DNA from: Tubulanus polymorphus
Taxonomy: Eukaryota; Animalia; Nemertea
Direction: 5' to 3'
NCBI RefSeq assembly: GCF_964204645.1
Contig: NC_134028.1
Location: 18,607,653 to 18,671,652 of the forward strand
DNA: 64,000 nucleotides
Shown: in pieces, positions 1-11,147 of the stretch
Numbering within the stretch: position 1 is the stretch's first letter
How the letters are laid out: every line of letters starts with the position of its first letter
The notes under the pieces: model-generated
Seen by the model: only the letters and a program-made list of their open reading frames with translations
The model's database searches: none
What the model was told of the DNA's origin: nothing
Program-made: the position numbers and the translations under genes

Positions 1-1377
1 GTATATTCTTAACTCGTTGGTCAAGTTGCTTAAATTGGAGATTGTTCATATTTGTCGCTTTTATCTCATCATTAAAAACATTTTCAAACAGTAATCGTAT
101 AAAAGATGATATCAGTTTATTTAGGTGTCCACTTAAGTAGACATCATCTATTTGTTTGAATTTGCGCTCAGTAATATTATCAGTTAATAGCAAAGGGTTA
201 TTTCTGTGAGATTGGTCTGACTGATAAATTGATTCAGCATTGAATGCATCAGACCAAATTTGGGAATTAAACCAATTCTTCTTAAGGTAATCAATAAATA
301 ATGTTTTTGTATCTTGCGACATAAGGTCTAAAGAAATATCATTCTCAATAAAACTATAAATGAATTGGCTATATCAGTTCTAGAGGAAGCATCCCATGAT
401 CTCATAGTGCATTTGAAACCAGTTTCTAGAGGCTTGCAAAATAAGCGAAGTTCTTGATTTTCATTCATGAAGCGACGAATACACTGCAGGACATGAAAAT
501 TACATAGTACTGATTTAAGATTATTGTCAGATGCTCCTTGCTTTAAACTTGCATCTTTATCATGTTGTACAAAAGGACAAAATCTAGATGTCGATGAACA
601 TGGCTTGATTCTGAAAAAACCATTGCCATCATTAAATATATAGAATTCAGATGGATGATTACATTTTTCGTCTTTACATGGTGTATTGGCTAGAACTAAC
701 TGGATGGTAGTTGCATGAGTAGCCCCCCCTTCATCACTACTAATTGATGCAGCAGCAATACGTCCTTCATTTTTGTTGTCTGCAAAAGTTACAAATGAAG
801 TTTTGAATTTCCACGAATTGAAATCATGTTTCACGTCAATACCAATGACAGATTGTCCAAAGTTGGATAAATGTTCCACAGAACGAGGATCAGAGAGAAT
901 AATGTGATAATTACGTTTGAGTGTGGCATCCCCTCGTTGAAATAAAAGGACAGATTCATAGTTACCCTCTAATAATTTTTCAGTATTTCTCCAATCAGAA
1001 CTTAGAATAGGTATTTCGTCTTGAGATTTCATATGTAATTTTATCGAAGATTTATCAATATATTTCAATCTATTTGAAATTTGATCTAGGGTATGGTCAT
1101 GACCGGCGCCATCATTTACATTTGATACATGAAGGTTATTGTGAGCATTGGTGGCAGAAAGAACCTTCATTGCTGTGGCATTCATCATGACTCTATTTTC
1201 ATCCCATCTATCTCTAGTAGATAAATTAGGTCGCTTTTTAATTTGTAAAGGAATATTTTCATGATATTGACCATTAAGTGGTTTGCTGAAGATTCTCCAC
1301 TTGGATAAATCAGTACTAAATAATACAAGTTTCGTTGCCCAATAACACATAAAATGAGGGTGAATTTTTTGGCTCAA
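1..1377 (-). pseudogene. MULE-family DDE transposase core (frameshift near 330)
   Basis: ORF 328-1377 has VIGIDVKHDFN (D1), ADNKNEGRIAA, QHDKDASL (D2) and LCNFHVLQ (CxxH). Another frame over 1-~320 reads FIDYLKKNWF..W..TDNITERKF (catalytic E) and is open to position 1. Confidence 0.8.
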
Positions 1378-1576
1378 ACTGCTGCCTTAACTTCGCAGGA
1401 CGATCACGTTTATTCTTCAGCTTATAGTTGTAACAGTTGGAACAAAATGTTTCACCATCAGCATTTTTCCTCCATTTGTTAGACATGGTAATGGAGCAAT
1501 GAATACATTGTTTATCATTTAAAACAACGTCAATTTGACATGAGGGACAATTAGTGATGTTACTGGACACATTCAA
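1316..1576 (-). CDS. GATA-type zinc finger segment of the MULE protein
   Basis: CIHC-x17-CSNCYNYKLKNKRDRP with internal WRKNADG, the C-x2-C-x17-C-x2-C GATA pattern plus basic tail; overlaps the transposase ORF in another frame. Confidence 0.8.
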   Translation of the reverse strand: MNVSSNITNCPSCQIDVVLNDKQCIHCSITMSNKWRKNADGETFCSNCYNYKLKNKRDRPAKLRQQFEPKNSPSFYVLLGNETCII

Positions 1577-1604
1577 CTTTGAAAGATAATATCCACATGA
1601 TGAT

Positions 1605-2775
1605 TTATATTGAAGACTTTGACGAACATTTTATGAGCATTTCTGCAGCCACAAATTGAGAAGTATCCTCAACAATTGGCTCAATAAATTCAAATTTATT
1701 ATCTAATCTATGGGTTTCCCAATTCTTTTTTAATGTTAAGGAAGCTTTCATCGTTGTCAGGTTACCAACAAATGAAGGCCGCACATTCTTATGCAGACGA
1801 ACTGTTTTTGTTAAATCAAAAGGGAATCTATCGAAATAATATTTTGTGTCAGCACCAGTCATTACTTCCCCATTTTCAACCCATTCATCACTAAGTGGAT
1901 TCTGGTTGTTGAGGTATTTCTTGATAGTGTCAATGGCTACCTGGTCATTTGTACCTTGGTCTGTACAATGAAAACTTTTATACTTCGTCTTACTGTCAGT
2001 TGAATGAAAAGCTACTTCAAGATAATGCTTTCCTCTCCTGATGCGATGGGAGATAGTAGTTTTAGAACCATTAATATGGGAAGTTAATGGTTCAGCTGAA
2101 TTTATAGTTAATGAGGATTGAGGATTCAAAATTGAGGATGTAGATTCAGGTGTAGATTCATTATTCGAAATTGGTGTAGATTCAGGTGTAGATTTAATAG
2201 TCAAAATTGGTGCAGATTCACTATTCGAAATTGGTGTTGATTCGTGTTGATTCATTAGTCAAAATTGGTGCAGATTCACTATTCGAAATTGGTGTTGATT
2301 CAGGTGTTGATTCATTAGTCAAAATTGCTGCAGATTCATTATTCGAAATTGGTGTAGATTCAGGTGTTGATTCATTATTCAAAATTGGTGTAGATTTAGA
2401 TTTGGCTGTAGTTAAGACTGATTTGCTTTTTTTATGGGCAATATGAGAGTCTGACATCTTTAATTCAGAACTAGCTAGTGTATTATTTGACTCAGTTGAT
2501 CGTTTATGTCTCTGTCTGCGAGATAATCGTGATATCTTAGAGAAAGTAGTACTATTAGCAGCAGGTTGAGATGACTTTGAGAAGAGTTGAGTAATATCAA
2601 TTAGATGTTTCATAATCCAATTAATCAATATCAATCTAACAAAATCAGAATAGTTAGAAATGTTCTTAAGATAAGATAATTCATTGGGAGATGAAAATAC
2701 ACTTGAAATATCCTTTTCATAATAGGTTGCAATGCAAGCACCAATTAATGTAGCAGGCCACAGACAGATGAACAT
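1605..2775 (-). pseudogene. Linker region of the MULE protein (ORFs 2221-2775 and 1605-2255)
   Basis: Two overlapping frames sharing the same ESTPESTPISN repeat, so probably one frameshifted reading frame. Confidence 0.55.
2130..2400. repeat. Coding minisatellite, about 60-bp imperfect unit (NESTPESTPISNSESAPILT)
   Basis: Recurring aaaattggtgcagattcactattcgaaattggtgttgattcaggtgttgattc variants. Confidence 0.9.
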
Positions 2776-3470
2776 GATTGGAGTGGGTAATAACTAGTAC
2801 AATTATTACTACATACATGCACTGAATTTTCAGTAACAAAATGAGGATCATGGAGGTGGATATAAACAGGATCAGGGCAATTCAAACCTTTCAAAACAGA
2901 TCTTAAATGATTTTTAAATTCCCTAGGACAATCCCATGCTAGTGTATCAGCATAACACAGTTTGTTACTTTTTGGGTAAAAAACTGCTAGTGCATAATGA
3001 TTGGCAACAACATGTCCATAAGAATTTAGAAATACGAAATCATTTTGGGTGCCAACATGCAGGAAAAAAATTAGTTTATCACAACTTATGAGTGGATTAG
3101 GACCGAATCTTTTATATAAATTTGAAACATATTCCTTAGCATCAAATGTAAGTGGCATCATAAATGCATGAATATTACAGTACTGTTCATTTATCATAGA
3201 TGCAAAAGCATTTAACACAGATCCTTCAAACCATTTTTGATTAGTCATCGTCTGAAGTTCTGATACAGATACGCTATTATTATTACCAACAGGAAATTGT
3301 TGAGAGGGTTTTAAGGAAAAGAGCATATTTGAAAATGCTTGAATCTGTTCCCAATCGACTGAATCAGTGGGGCTTAAAGGCTTACTATTTACCCAAAGAT
3401 TCATGGCAAAAAAGAATTTGTTGTTTGGTTTTAGCATAATGTAAGAAAAGAAACCTATTAATCTGATCAA
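2745..3470 (-). CDS. Ulp1/SENP-like (peptidase C48) cysteine protease domain
   Basis: ELQTM..KWFEGSVLNAF, NHYALAVF (His), YADTL (Asp), PLQSCSSVCG (Gln/Cys): C48 catalytic order. Confidence 0.75.
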   Translation of the reverse strand: MIRLIGFFSYIMLKPNNKFFFAMNLWVNSKPLSPTDSVDWEQIQAFSNMLFSLKPSQQFPVGNNNSVSVSELQTMTNQKWFEGSVLNAFASMINEQYCNIHAFMMPLTFDAKEYVSNLYKRFGPNPLISCDKLIFFLHVGTQNDFVFLNSYGHVVANHYALAVFYPKSNKLCYADTLAWDCPREFKNHLRSVLKGLNCPDPVYIHLHDPHFVTENSVHVCSNNCTSYYPLQSCSSVCGLLH

Positions 3471-3957
3471 TAGAATAGCAGCCGGTATCGAGTATCACAT
3501 GGATATTAATGGAAGGGTCACGGACAATCCTTGACTGCATCTGTGCTTTTATGTCCTCCAACTGATTTTTGTGGGGCATAGTGGGGGCATCATCAGCCAA
3601 ATGACATGAATTAGACATGTCACAAATTCTGAATGACGTGACCTTTGATGGCATAACAGGAGGAATTTTCAAAAACTGATAGTCATTGAGGCACATTTCT
3701 GTTGGATTGTAACTAAAATTTCTTCTACATACATGTTCATCATCAGAATCATTCTCATCACTATCATCAATTATGATTGGTTCGATACCTCCACCACCTG
3801 TGTTACTTAGCCGTTTTTTGTTTTCCATCCAGCTATCTTCCTGCATCTTTAATCTTTCTATCCTTTCTTTCGAACTATCTTCCTGCATCTTTTCTGCTTC
3901 CTCTATCGTTCCTTCCGAGAAATTGTCACAAGCCGCGTCCTTTCCTTCTTCCTCCAT
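3385..3957 (-). CDS. Acidic, low-complexity segment upstream of the protease domain
   Basis: 190-aa ORF overlapping the protease ORF in a different frame. Confidence 0.45.
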   Translation of the reverse strand: MEEEGKDAACDNFSEGTIEEAEKMQEDSSKERIERLKMQEDSWMENKKRLSNTGGGGIEPIIIDDSDENDSDDEHVCRRNFSYNPTEMCLNDYQFLKIPPVMPSKVTSFRICDMSNSCHLADDAPTMPHKNQLEDIKAQMQSRIVRDPSINIHVILDTGCYSIDQINRFLFLHYAKTKQQILFCHESLGK

Positions 3958-5132
3958 TGTCCGCCTGAAATACGCATTATCAACTCACTCTTTTTTAGAC
4001 ATATCAATAGATAGAGTATGAAATTACCCATATAGGCCTAACATAAAACATGGGTATCTCTGAGTCATTTGCATTAAGTCATTTGGATTTGTAGGTAATA
4101 AAATAATTGAATTATGTTGTACTTACATTTCAGTATGGTTTAAACTAACGTGGTCTAGAAGATCTTTCCAATTGGTGAATTCAACTCCGCAAAAACATGT
4201 CGAGTCAGCAGGATCCGTCTGTGGATGAATAACCTAATGTGGAAGAGCACATTAATCTGTTTTTGCTTCAACATCTAAGCAAAAATAACAAAAATAAACC
4301 CGCGTCTCGCAGAAAGGGCATCAAACTTACATGTTCCACTGACTTCCTTTTTCTGTTAAATCTTTTAGTATTGTGACAACTTCTATTGTAGCATCCCTGA
4401 ATATGAAAACAAAGCTTTACAGCATTAGTCATACCAATACCAATGAATTTCTATAATTTCATTTCGAGAAACATATTACTCACGTTCTTAGTCTGATAAA
4501 AAGGAGTTAATAATTTAGGCTTTAAACAAATAGCAACACCAGCCACATCAATTTTAGTCATGTACTGGAAAAAAAGACAGATTTGTGCATGCACAGCCTT
4601 TAGGTAATTGTGAAATAAAAGTGACCAAACTAATATTAAATCATAAGTTCTTGAGATGATATGTACCTGGTCGAATGTGAAAAAGGCGCTTTGATCTTCA
4701 CAACAGAATTGTTTCCTTGTATGATGCGCAACTGCTATACTGGATTGAAGGATACAAAAAACTGTTAAAATGTATCTAACTTTATAAAGATAAATCACTT
4801 ACAAATCACACTTAGGAAAACAACTTTACCACTATTGTTGAATCATCCCATGCTCTTGCTTGATCATTCTTCAATTTGTTTTTCGCTATCAGCTATCAAT
4901 ATGATTCATTAATTCAATGCAAGGATTTTGAATAAAGTGGTTTCGTATTCAAGTTATAAAAACCAATTGCAAATCATTCATTAGGATATCAATGCTAAAT
5001 GATTACCTTTCGTCGATGGACTGCTCTACTTCTTTGCATCTTTTCAATCTCATATGGAAAGTATTGAGGGCACCTGATTAAGAATCATTCATTATTTCCA
5101 GTACAATCATTAAATTTATGTAGTTTGTTTAC

Positions 5133-5912
5133 CTGGTAATTGGATAAAATAATGCAATTCTACGTACATTTCATCTTCATTTTTCAATAGCAGTAGTTCC
5201 ATTATCCTGTTATTTATGAACTGATTTCCCTTACGGCTGGGGTGTAACAAGTCAGTCCTAGATCACAAAATTTAAAAAAAAAACAAGTCAGTTTAAATCG
5301 CGAAAAAATGCAAATAAGCTACTGGGCTTATTAAAATTAAACGATTACTTACGGTGAAAGGAGATCTCTTGAGAAGTGAAAATCAACGAACTTTACACCA
5401 AGTGTAAAGCATTCGCGGTGCAGCATTTCATTGTAATGAAATATCTTTGTGTCAGCATCGAAACTTTAAAAAAGAAAGAAATTTAAAAATCATTACATCG
5501 ATCATAAATATAGTACTTCAAGAAAAATCTATTCTTGATACTTACTCATCACATCGAGGAAAAAGAGCTGGTACAATGATGGTCCCAGTACATTTATAGA
5601 GCAACAATCGAATTAATTCAACGTGTCTTCGCAGAACAATCTCAAGCGGGACATCACGCGTCATATTATTTGTTCCAACATGGACGATTAGTTGTTCCAC
5701 ATTCAGCATCTTCACCTTTTTCAATTCTGTAATATACAACTAATCAGTAACCCAATGAAAATGAACAATATAAATCAGTACTGAACCGAGAAATTACCTT
5801 CCATCAATGTTACAATGGTTCCTCCGGGGCACACAATCCTTGTCCATTCAAATAAGCCTACACCATCTATCCCAGCATACTTTAAAATGCTGTCTGCTAC
5901 GAGACCAATACG
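5133..5912 (-). pseudogene. SGNH/GDSL hydrolase split over several exons
   Basis: Exon ~5799-5912 IGLVADSIL...CPGGT (blocks I and II, AG/GT borders); 5542-5739 HVGTNN (block III); exon ~5133-5260 RTDLLHPSRKG (block V DxxH). Confidence 0.7.
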
Positions 5913-6366
5913 CTACAAAAAAGATTATTTGTCAGTCTCAGGCCAATATCACAGGGAGGTGTGAGAGAGCACACTGGTTACTGTAAGACCCTACTATACG
6001 CAAAAGAAGTGACACATATATGTATATCAATGTGATAGAATTGATTGAAAAAATTGTGCATAATAGTAGCTAGTGCCCAAAAATAGAACACAGTGTTATT
6101 GAAGTGAAAATTTCTAAAATCCTCTGAAGCGGTGCTTATTTGGTAGCTACATGGGTATTCTAATTGAATAAGCATAAAGATAAGCGTGCACACACAGTAG
6201 CCTATGCATAAACAAAGGCCAGTTTCACCTTCACCTAAAAGTCCTGCAGTGTGAAGACTAACTTGTTCACCTAAACCACCTCTACCAGCTGTGGAAGGCC
6301 TAACATCAGGCACTAAATTAAAAAGATTCCTCTTAATCAAATTATCTATAAACATCCTCTTAATTG

Positions 6367-6627
6367 CAGGCAGACTGATTCAGGGAGGGGTGCAGCCCAA
6401 AATAGGGCATACGTATCAGTATCATATATAATTAAAAATCAAAAGGGCACCAGATCATCAGAAAACATAATACCTATATTTTGGAAGTAGGCCTACAGAG
6501 AACATGTTTTGGAATATAAGCTTTTTAAAAATACTTGTTGATATTTTTCATTTTCCCTTTAAATTTCAGTGCAACTTAAAAATTTTAAGGGGTGTACACC
6601 CCTGTATACTCTCCTGATCTGCCCCTG
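6367..6627. mobile_element. Degenerate MITE-like insertion
   Basis: Imperfect inverted ends caggcaga.. / ..tctgcccctg, flanked by AATTG on both sides (6362-6366, 6628-6632). Confidence 0.4.
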
Positions 6628-8163
6628 AATTGCCACTTAACAAAATTTCTCAGCTTAATTGTTGGCTAACTAGCTCAGTGAAACTGGGACCAGACCTAAT
6701 GCATACACCCTCAGTGGCCAGGGCCAGGATTGAACAGTTAGGCTATATAAATAAAGGAATGAAAAGTACTTGAAATTGGTTAGGCTATCTATCTGCAACA
6801 AGAAATACATTTTCATTGACTCTGAATACAGGGAACTACCATTCTGTTTCGAGGCCTTAAAATTTATTGTTTATTTTTTGTTGCTGGATTTGGAATGGTT
6901 GTTGGAATATTTAAGGCCTAGTAGGTGGTGACTGTGTACGGGCAACATAGGCCTATACCCAGTGACATGGCAATGGCATGCCACTGGGTACCCACTACTG
7001 CACTATAGTATACTGCCTACGGCTACTGCGACTGGTGGTTCGGTTGGCAGAAATTACTTGTTAACATTGGGAGGGGGGAGTAAGCGTGGATGAAGACAAA
7101 TTAGCCGAGTAAGTAGCAAGTAAAGTAGTGGCAGTACAGTAGGCCTAGCGACAATGTGAGTGTGGTGGTAACGTGGCCGTGGTGGCAATAACAAGACTCC
7201 AAAACTGGCAAAAGCCAAAATTAAAAAGCCCTGCCGCCGCGCGGTCGCGACGCCTGCACCACCGTGCACGATGTCGATGGCGGTTCACCAGTGTTACCCA
7301 GTGAGTTTTTTATAAACTTGCAATCTACCTCTTTTTTCAAACCAATATTCCCACCAACTGGTCCGGAGACAAGCTTAACACGTTCGGAAAACATGATTCA
7401 CAATCTTTTAATCAACAGCCAGCAAGACTACACTTGACAGCAAATTCAAATTCAGCGGTTAACCGTTAATAGTGAGTTGTTTAGCTTTGGGAGTTACAAA
7501 AAGGCGATCTTGATGACGTCACTAGCCATCGACCAAAACAGGCTTTCAACCTTTTGCAGTAAGCTACGCTTATCGAGTGTGTGTTACCAGCTGAACACCA
7601 GTCAACATCAACTTTGATTCGGTCGCAGAACAACCCGCAATAGTTTTAGCCCGATAAATGTTCTGCGATCGATACTACGCATGCGCACTGCAGTTCATTG
7701 AACAACGTGGAAGTGGCTGTGTATACACATATTTTTCTTTAGAAAATCGGTTGAAATTCAACAATTTCTCGTAAAAATTGTCCAAAAAGGTATGTATTTT
7801 TATTCTTCTATATCTCCGAAACCCTGTATCGGAACATTAAGTATTTATATTGTGATTAAAGTCTGTTTTTATGTGTTTAACATATGTTTTTGCCAGTTCG
7901 TTCCGATTCCGGGTTTAGCGTTTTTTGGGCCTTGAAGAAATATTTCGGCCCAGACTCGCGCAGCTTTCGTTTCTGACGTCATGTTGCTACGTTACGACAC
8001 AAACATATACACGAAGTATGATCTTTAAAATGTGTATTTACTACATAATAATGTTACTTAATAACGCTTACATTAGGCCTACAAATTATTGTCCCCCATA
8101 TAAACCAAGTTGCCTAAATAGCATCAGCAATCTCATTTAATTAACCTTTTCTTGTTTTTAGTC

Positions 8164-8304
8164 ATGGATCTTTGTCGATTGTGTGGAAAAAATGCGAAAC
8201 CTCCGGATCGTCGTTCTATCGATAAAAATAATTTCAAAAGCCATGTGAAGGAGTTGTTCAACATTGATTTTGATGATGATACTGAACAGTACCCGATATA
8301 TATC
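8164..8304 (+). pseudogene. 5' part of a RAG1-N/Chapaev-like (zf-AD-like) zinc-binding ORF; continues at 17723-17755 after the Gypsy insertion
   Basis: Removing the Gypsy element and one TSD restores MDLCRLCGK...KELFNIDFDDDTEQYPIYICNMCRVKLQK*. Confidence 0.55.
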
Positions 8305-9788
8305 TGTAGCGGCACGGGGTCGACAGTATATACGGCATTAAATCTTGGTAGCGAGAGCAGGTAAGTCCAGAATAGGTCCGCTACAGGTGGGTACGCCTAG
8401 GTCGATTCTGCCCCTGGAGAGGACAGAATAAGGGGTCAATGACCGCCCTAGGACAATCGTCGAAAAATACTATGCGATTTGCTAACTCGTGAGATTCGAT
8501 TCGGTTTCCCCGCCTAAACATAACTCTGACCAGTACAGTCGGTCGAATTTCTCAAGAACCACAGCCGGAAGTCACCACTTTCGTTACGTCGGCCATTCGT
8601 AATCGAATCGACTCCGACCGTAAATTCGAGAGAAACTAAAAATAGGCGATCGGTTTCTTCGACTATAAAATTCAAGTGCAGTCTGAATTTTATTCCGGTT
8701 TCCATAAGCTCTACCGAATCCCACTGAATCTCGCGACAGTCATAGGCAAATAAGGCAATCGCATTACTAGAATATCATGCTCGAATATATATACTCCGAA
8801 AAATCGAACGCATAATCAAAAGAAGTAACAATTCATAGTTAAAAATGACATGTATGTATATTTATTGATTTATTCAGGTCGAGAATCGTGGCGAAATGAA
8901 CAGGCTATTAGGATTTGACTAGGCCTCGGACCTCCGAGCGATCTCGGGTCGAGAGGCGGCAAGGGCGATTATCCGACTTCGAGAGAAACCCGCGTTGTCA
9001 AGACAACGCAGATTACCCGGGTCATGATTCGAGAGAATTCGCTCGAAGCTCAGGCAATGAAAGTCTTCGAGCGAGAAAAGGTAGAGACTAATAATCGAGG
9101 CGAGTCCACTCGAAGTCGAATAAACGTAATTCATACGGGATAAAAGGCTATGATGTTCTTCCATTGCAGTGATCCTTGGTCGGATTCTCCTTTGATTTCG
9201 GGTTCAGACGAAGTATTCGAGCGGGGCCGGAGCCCTGTCCGAGGGACGTGGTTTGAAATGACTTATCGCATCATTCCGGGGTCAATACAGACCTGAATAA
9301 GGCAATTAGACTGTGCGTCTGGCGATTTTTAAGAGATCGATTATTCAGCGAGCGATTACAAGCTCTCTCAACGTGTCTCAAACACGGAATGTCAGAAATG
9401 CGGTTCTGACCGCTCTTAAATAGGCCGCCTTCTACGCTGATTGGCGAATAGCCAAATTACTGCGCGATAAAAAATGCCGGCGCACGCGGCTTTTGGTAGG
9501 CGTACATGACTGGAATTTTCGATGAACTATCTTGAAATCAATCCTCGTTTGGATATTTGCTATTAAAAGAGCGGAAACCCTTCACGGAAAAGACTTGGCA
9601 ATATCCCAGGTAAAAGGAACTATTCCGTAAAACGGCCGTCTACGATGAGGTGATACGGCACTTCCGGATTTCAATGATTTTGAATAGTGCGGCTCTGAAT
9701 TGGCGAGTTTTCCTCAAAAGACGGATATAATGCTATCGCGGACTGGTCATCAGGTCTGAAAGTTGGTTCCATAGTCAATCTCGCCACA
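8305..9788 (-). repeat. Gypsy 3' LTR
   Basis: Direct repeat of 16235-17718; about 13 substitutions counted by eye. Confidence 0.97.
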
Positions 9789-9801
9789 ATACACCCACCC
9801 C
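9789..9801 (-). promoter_or_regulatory. Polypurine tract
   Basis: Minus strand GGGGTGGGTGTAT directly before the 3' LTR. Confidence 0.7.
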
Positions 9802-10068
9802 AGACTCTTGTATGTCCTCATACAAGGAAGCATAACGCAGTCGTACCGGAAGAATAGACACGGTAAATCGAATATTTCTGTGAAAGCGAGAAACTGGTGA
9901 CGGTGTCTTCGACTAAAAGATATTACTACATACAATGTATATAATAATAGCAACATTCAATAAACTATATTCTGTATAATAATAAAACATCTAAAACATC
10001 TTAATTACTTCTTTGTACAGATTGCACTATCATTTAAATTTAATGGTGTTCGCGAGGCGGCGGACGAA

Positions 10069-11145
10069 TTACTGATTTTTAAGTAGAGCGCAGAGTTTAA
10101 GTTGATAAAATTCACAGTAGACACACTGGTACTCTGAGCCTGCGTAGCCGAACAAGATCATATCGCCGTGTCGATGCAATTCTTTCCATGGTCGTTCTTC
10201 TGTTATCTTTCGATCTTCTTTGGTTTGCGTCGAACCGTCTCTCATATCGCTGTTTTGTTTAATCAGAGTAGAACTGATTTTTCTAAGCGGCATTGTCGGT
10301 ATTTCATCGTTGGTGAAGGCACATGATTCGATTGATAATTCGGTTTCTGTTGCACTCGACGATGATCCGTTGATCTCGGGTAGCTTTACACACGGAATGA
10401 TCGGTTTCTCCGCGGCGAATGATTTCAACTCGGGCACACATGATGACTTAATATCGGCTTCGAGCAGCGGTTCGGTTGTTTGCTTGTCTTCTATTTTTGA
10501 CGCAGCAGACGTTTTTCTTTTAACGGAAATTATCCGCGCGGAACCATCCGGACGCGTCACTGTCGTTTTAGACAGTAACTGCAGCGGGCTTGGAGGCATT
10601 TCTTTCCTAATTTCCTCTAAAATTCTATGGAGATCGTCGTTCGTTGGAAATGAAGTTGTTTTATAATGTGGACTCTTTGGCGTCGGTATTTCCTTGGTAA
10701 TTGTGGGAGTTGCGAGTGGGTTTTCTTCCTTAATTACCGTCGGTGTCTTCTGCCTTATGCCGGTTGGAACCTTGTTCTCTTTTCCCGATTTCCTTTCAGT
10801 TGGATGAAGGATCGGGGTCTCCGGGCGACTTAAGCACTGGATCTCCGGAGGGTCAAATTCAAATTCATCATCGTCGTCTATCGCGACGAGTTTCACTTTT
10901 TCGATGATGGATCTGGTATCTTCCGAATGTCTTCTGTGTGTTTTTCTAGCATGTTGTCGAATCAGGTCTCGACGTCCGTTCTTGTAACTGCAGAGTTTGC
11001 ATCGATATTCATATCCCTGATGCGGCTTACTCTGACATTTTAAATCATGCGCCTCGAGGTTCCTCATCGACGCGAAATCTTTCTTACAGTGGACACATAA
11101 AAATGGCGTTGTCCCGTGCAATCTGAAATGTATAATCATTTTCAA
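10069..11145 (-). CDS. Gypsy extra ORF: zinc-finger protein with a Pro/Thr-rich tail
   Basis: 358-aa intact ORF between integrase and the 3' LTR; CVHC..HDLKC and CKLC..HARKTH fingers. Confidence 0.75.
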   Translation of the reverse strand: MKMIIHFRLHGTTPFLCVHCKKDFASMRNLEAHDLKCQSKPHQGYEYRCKLCSYKNGRRDLIRQHARKTHRRHSEDTRSIIEKVKLVAIDDDDEFEFDPPEIQCLSRPETPILHPTERKSGKENKVPTGIRQKTPTVIKEENPLATPTITKEIPTPKSPHYKTTSFPTNDDLHRILEEIRKEMPPSPLQLLSKTTVTRPDGSARIISVKRKTSAASKIEDKQTTEPLLEADIKSSCVPELKSFAAEKPIIPCVKLPEINGSSSSATETELSIESCAFTNDEIPTMPLRKISSTLIKQNSDMRDGSTQTKEDRKITEERPWKELHRHGDMILFGYAGSEYQCVYCEFYQLKLCALLKNQ

Positions 11146-11147
11146 AG

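Larger units (their letters stand above)
1..5912 (-). mobile_element. Mutator-like (MULE) transposon coding region, multi-domain, spliced and frameshifted; continues past the window start
   Basis: Collinear minus-strand pieces: SGNH hydrolase exons, acidic region, Ulp1-like protease, repeat linker, GATA finger, MULE DDE core. Termini not identified. Confidence 0.65.

Noticed and set aside
1316-1576. Host GATA transcription factor gene
   Set aside because: Single divergent finger overlapping transposase coding sequence, with no other GATA-factor features.
8514-9164. Duplicated small ORFs (also at 16444-17094)
   Set aside because: They lie inside the LTRs, are duplicated for that reason alone and have no recognisable domain.
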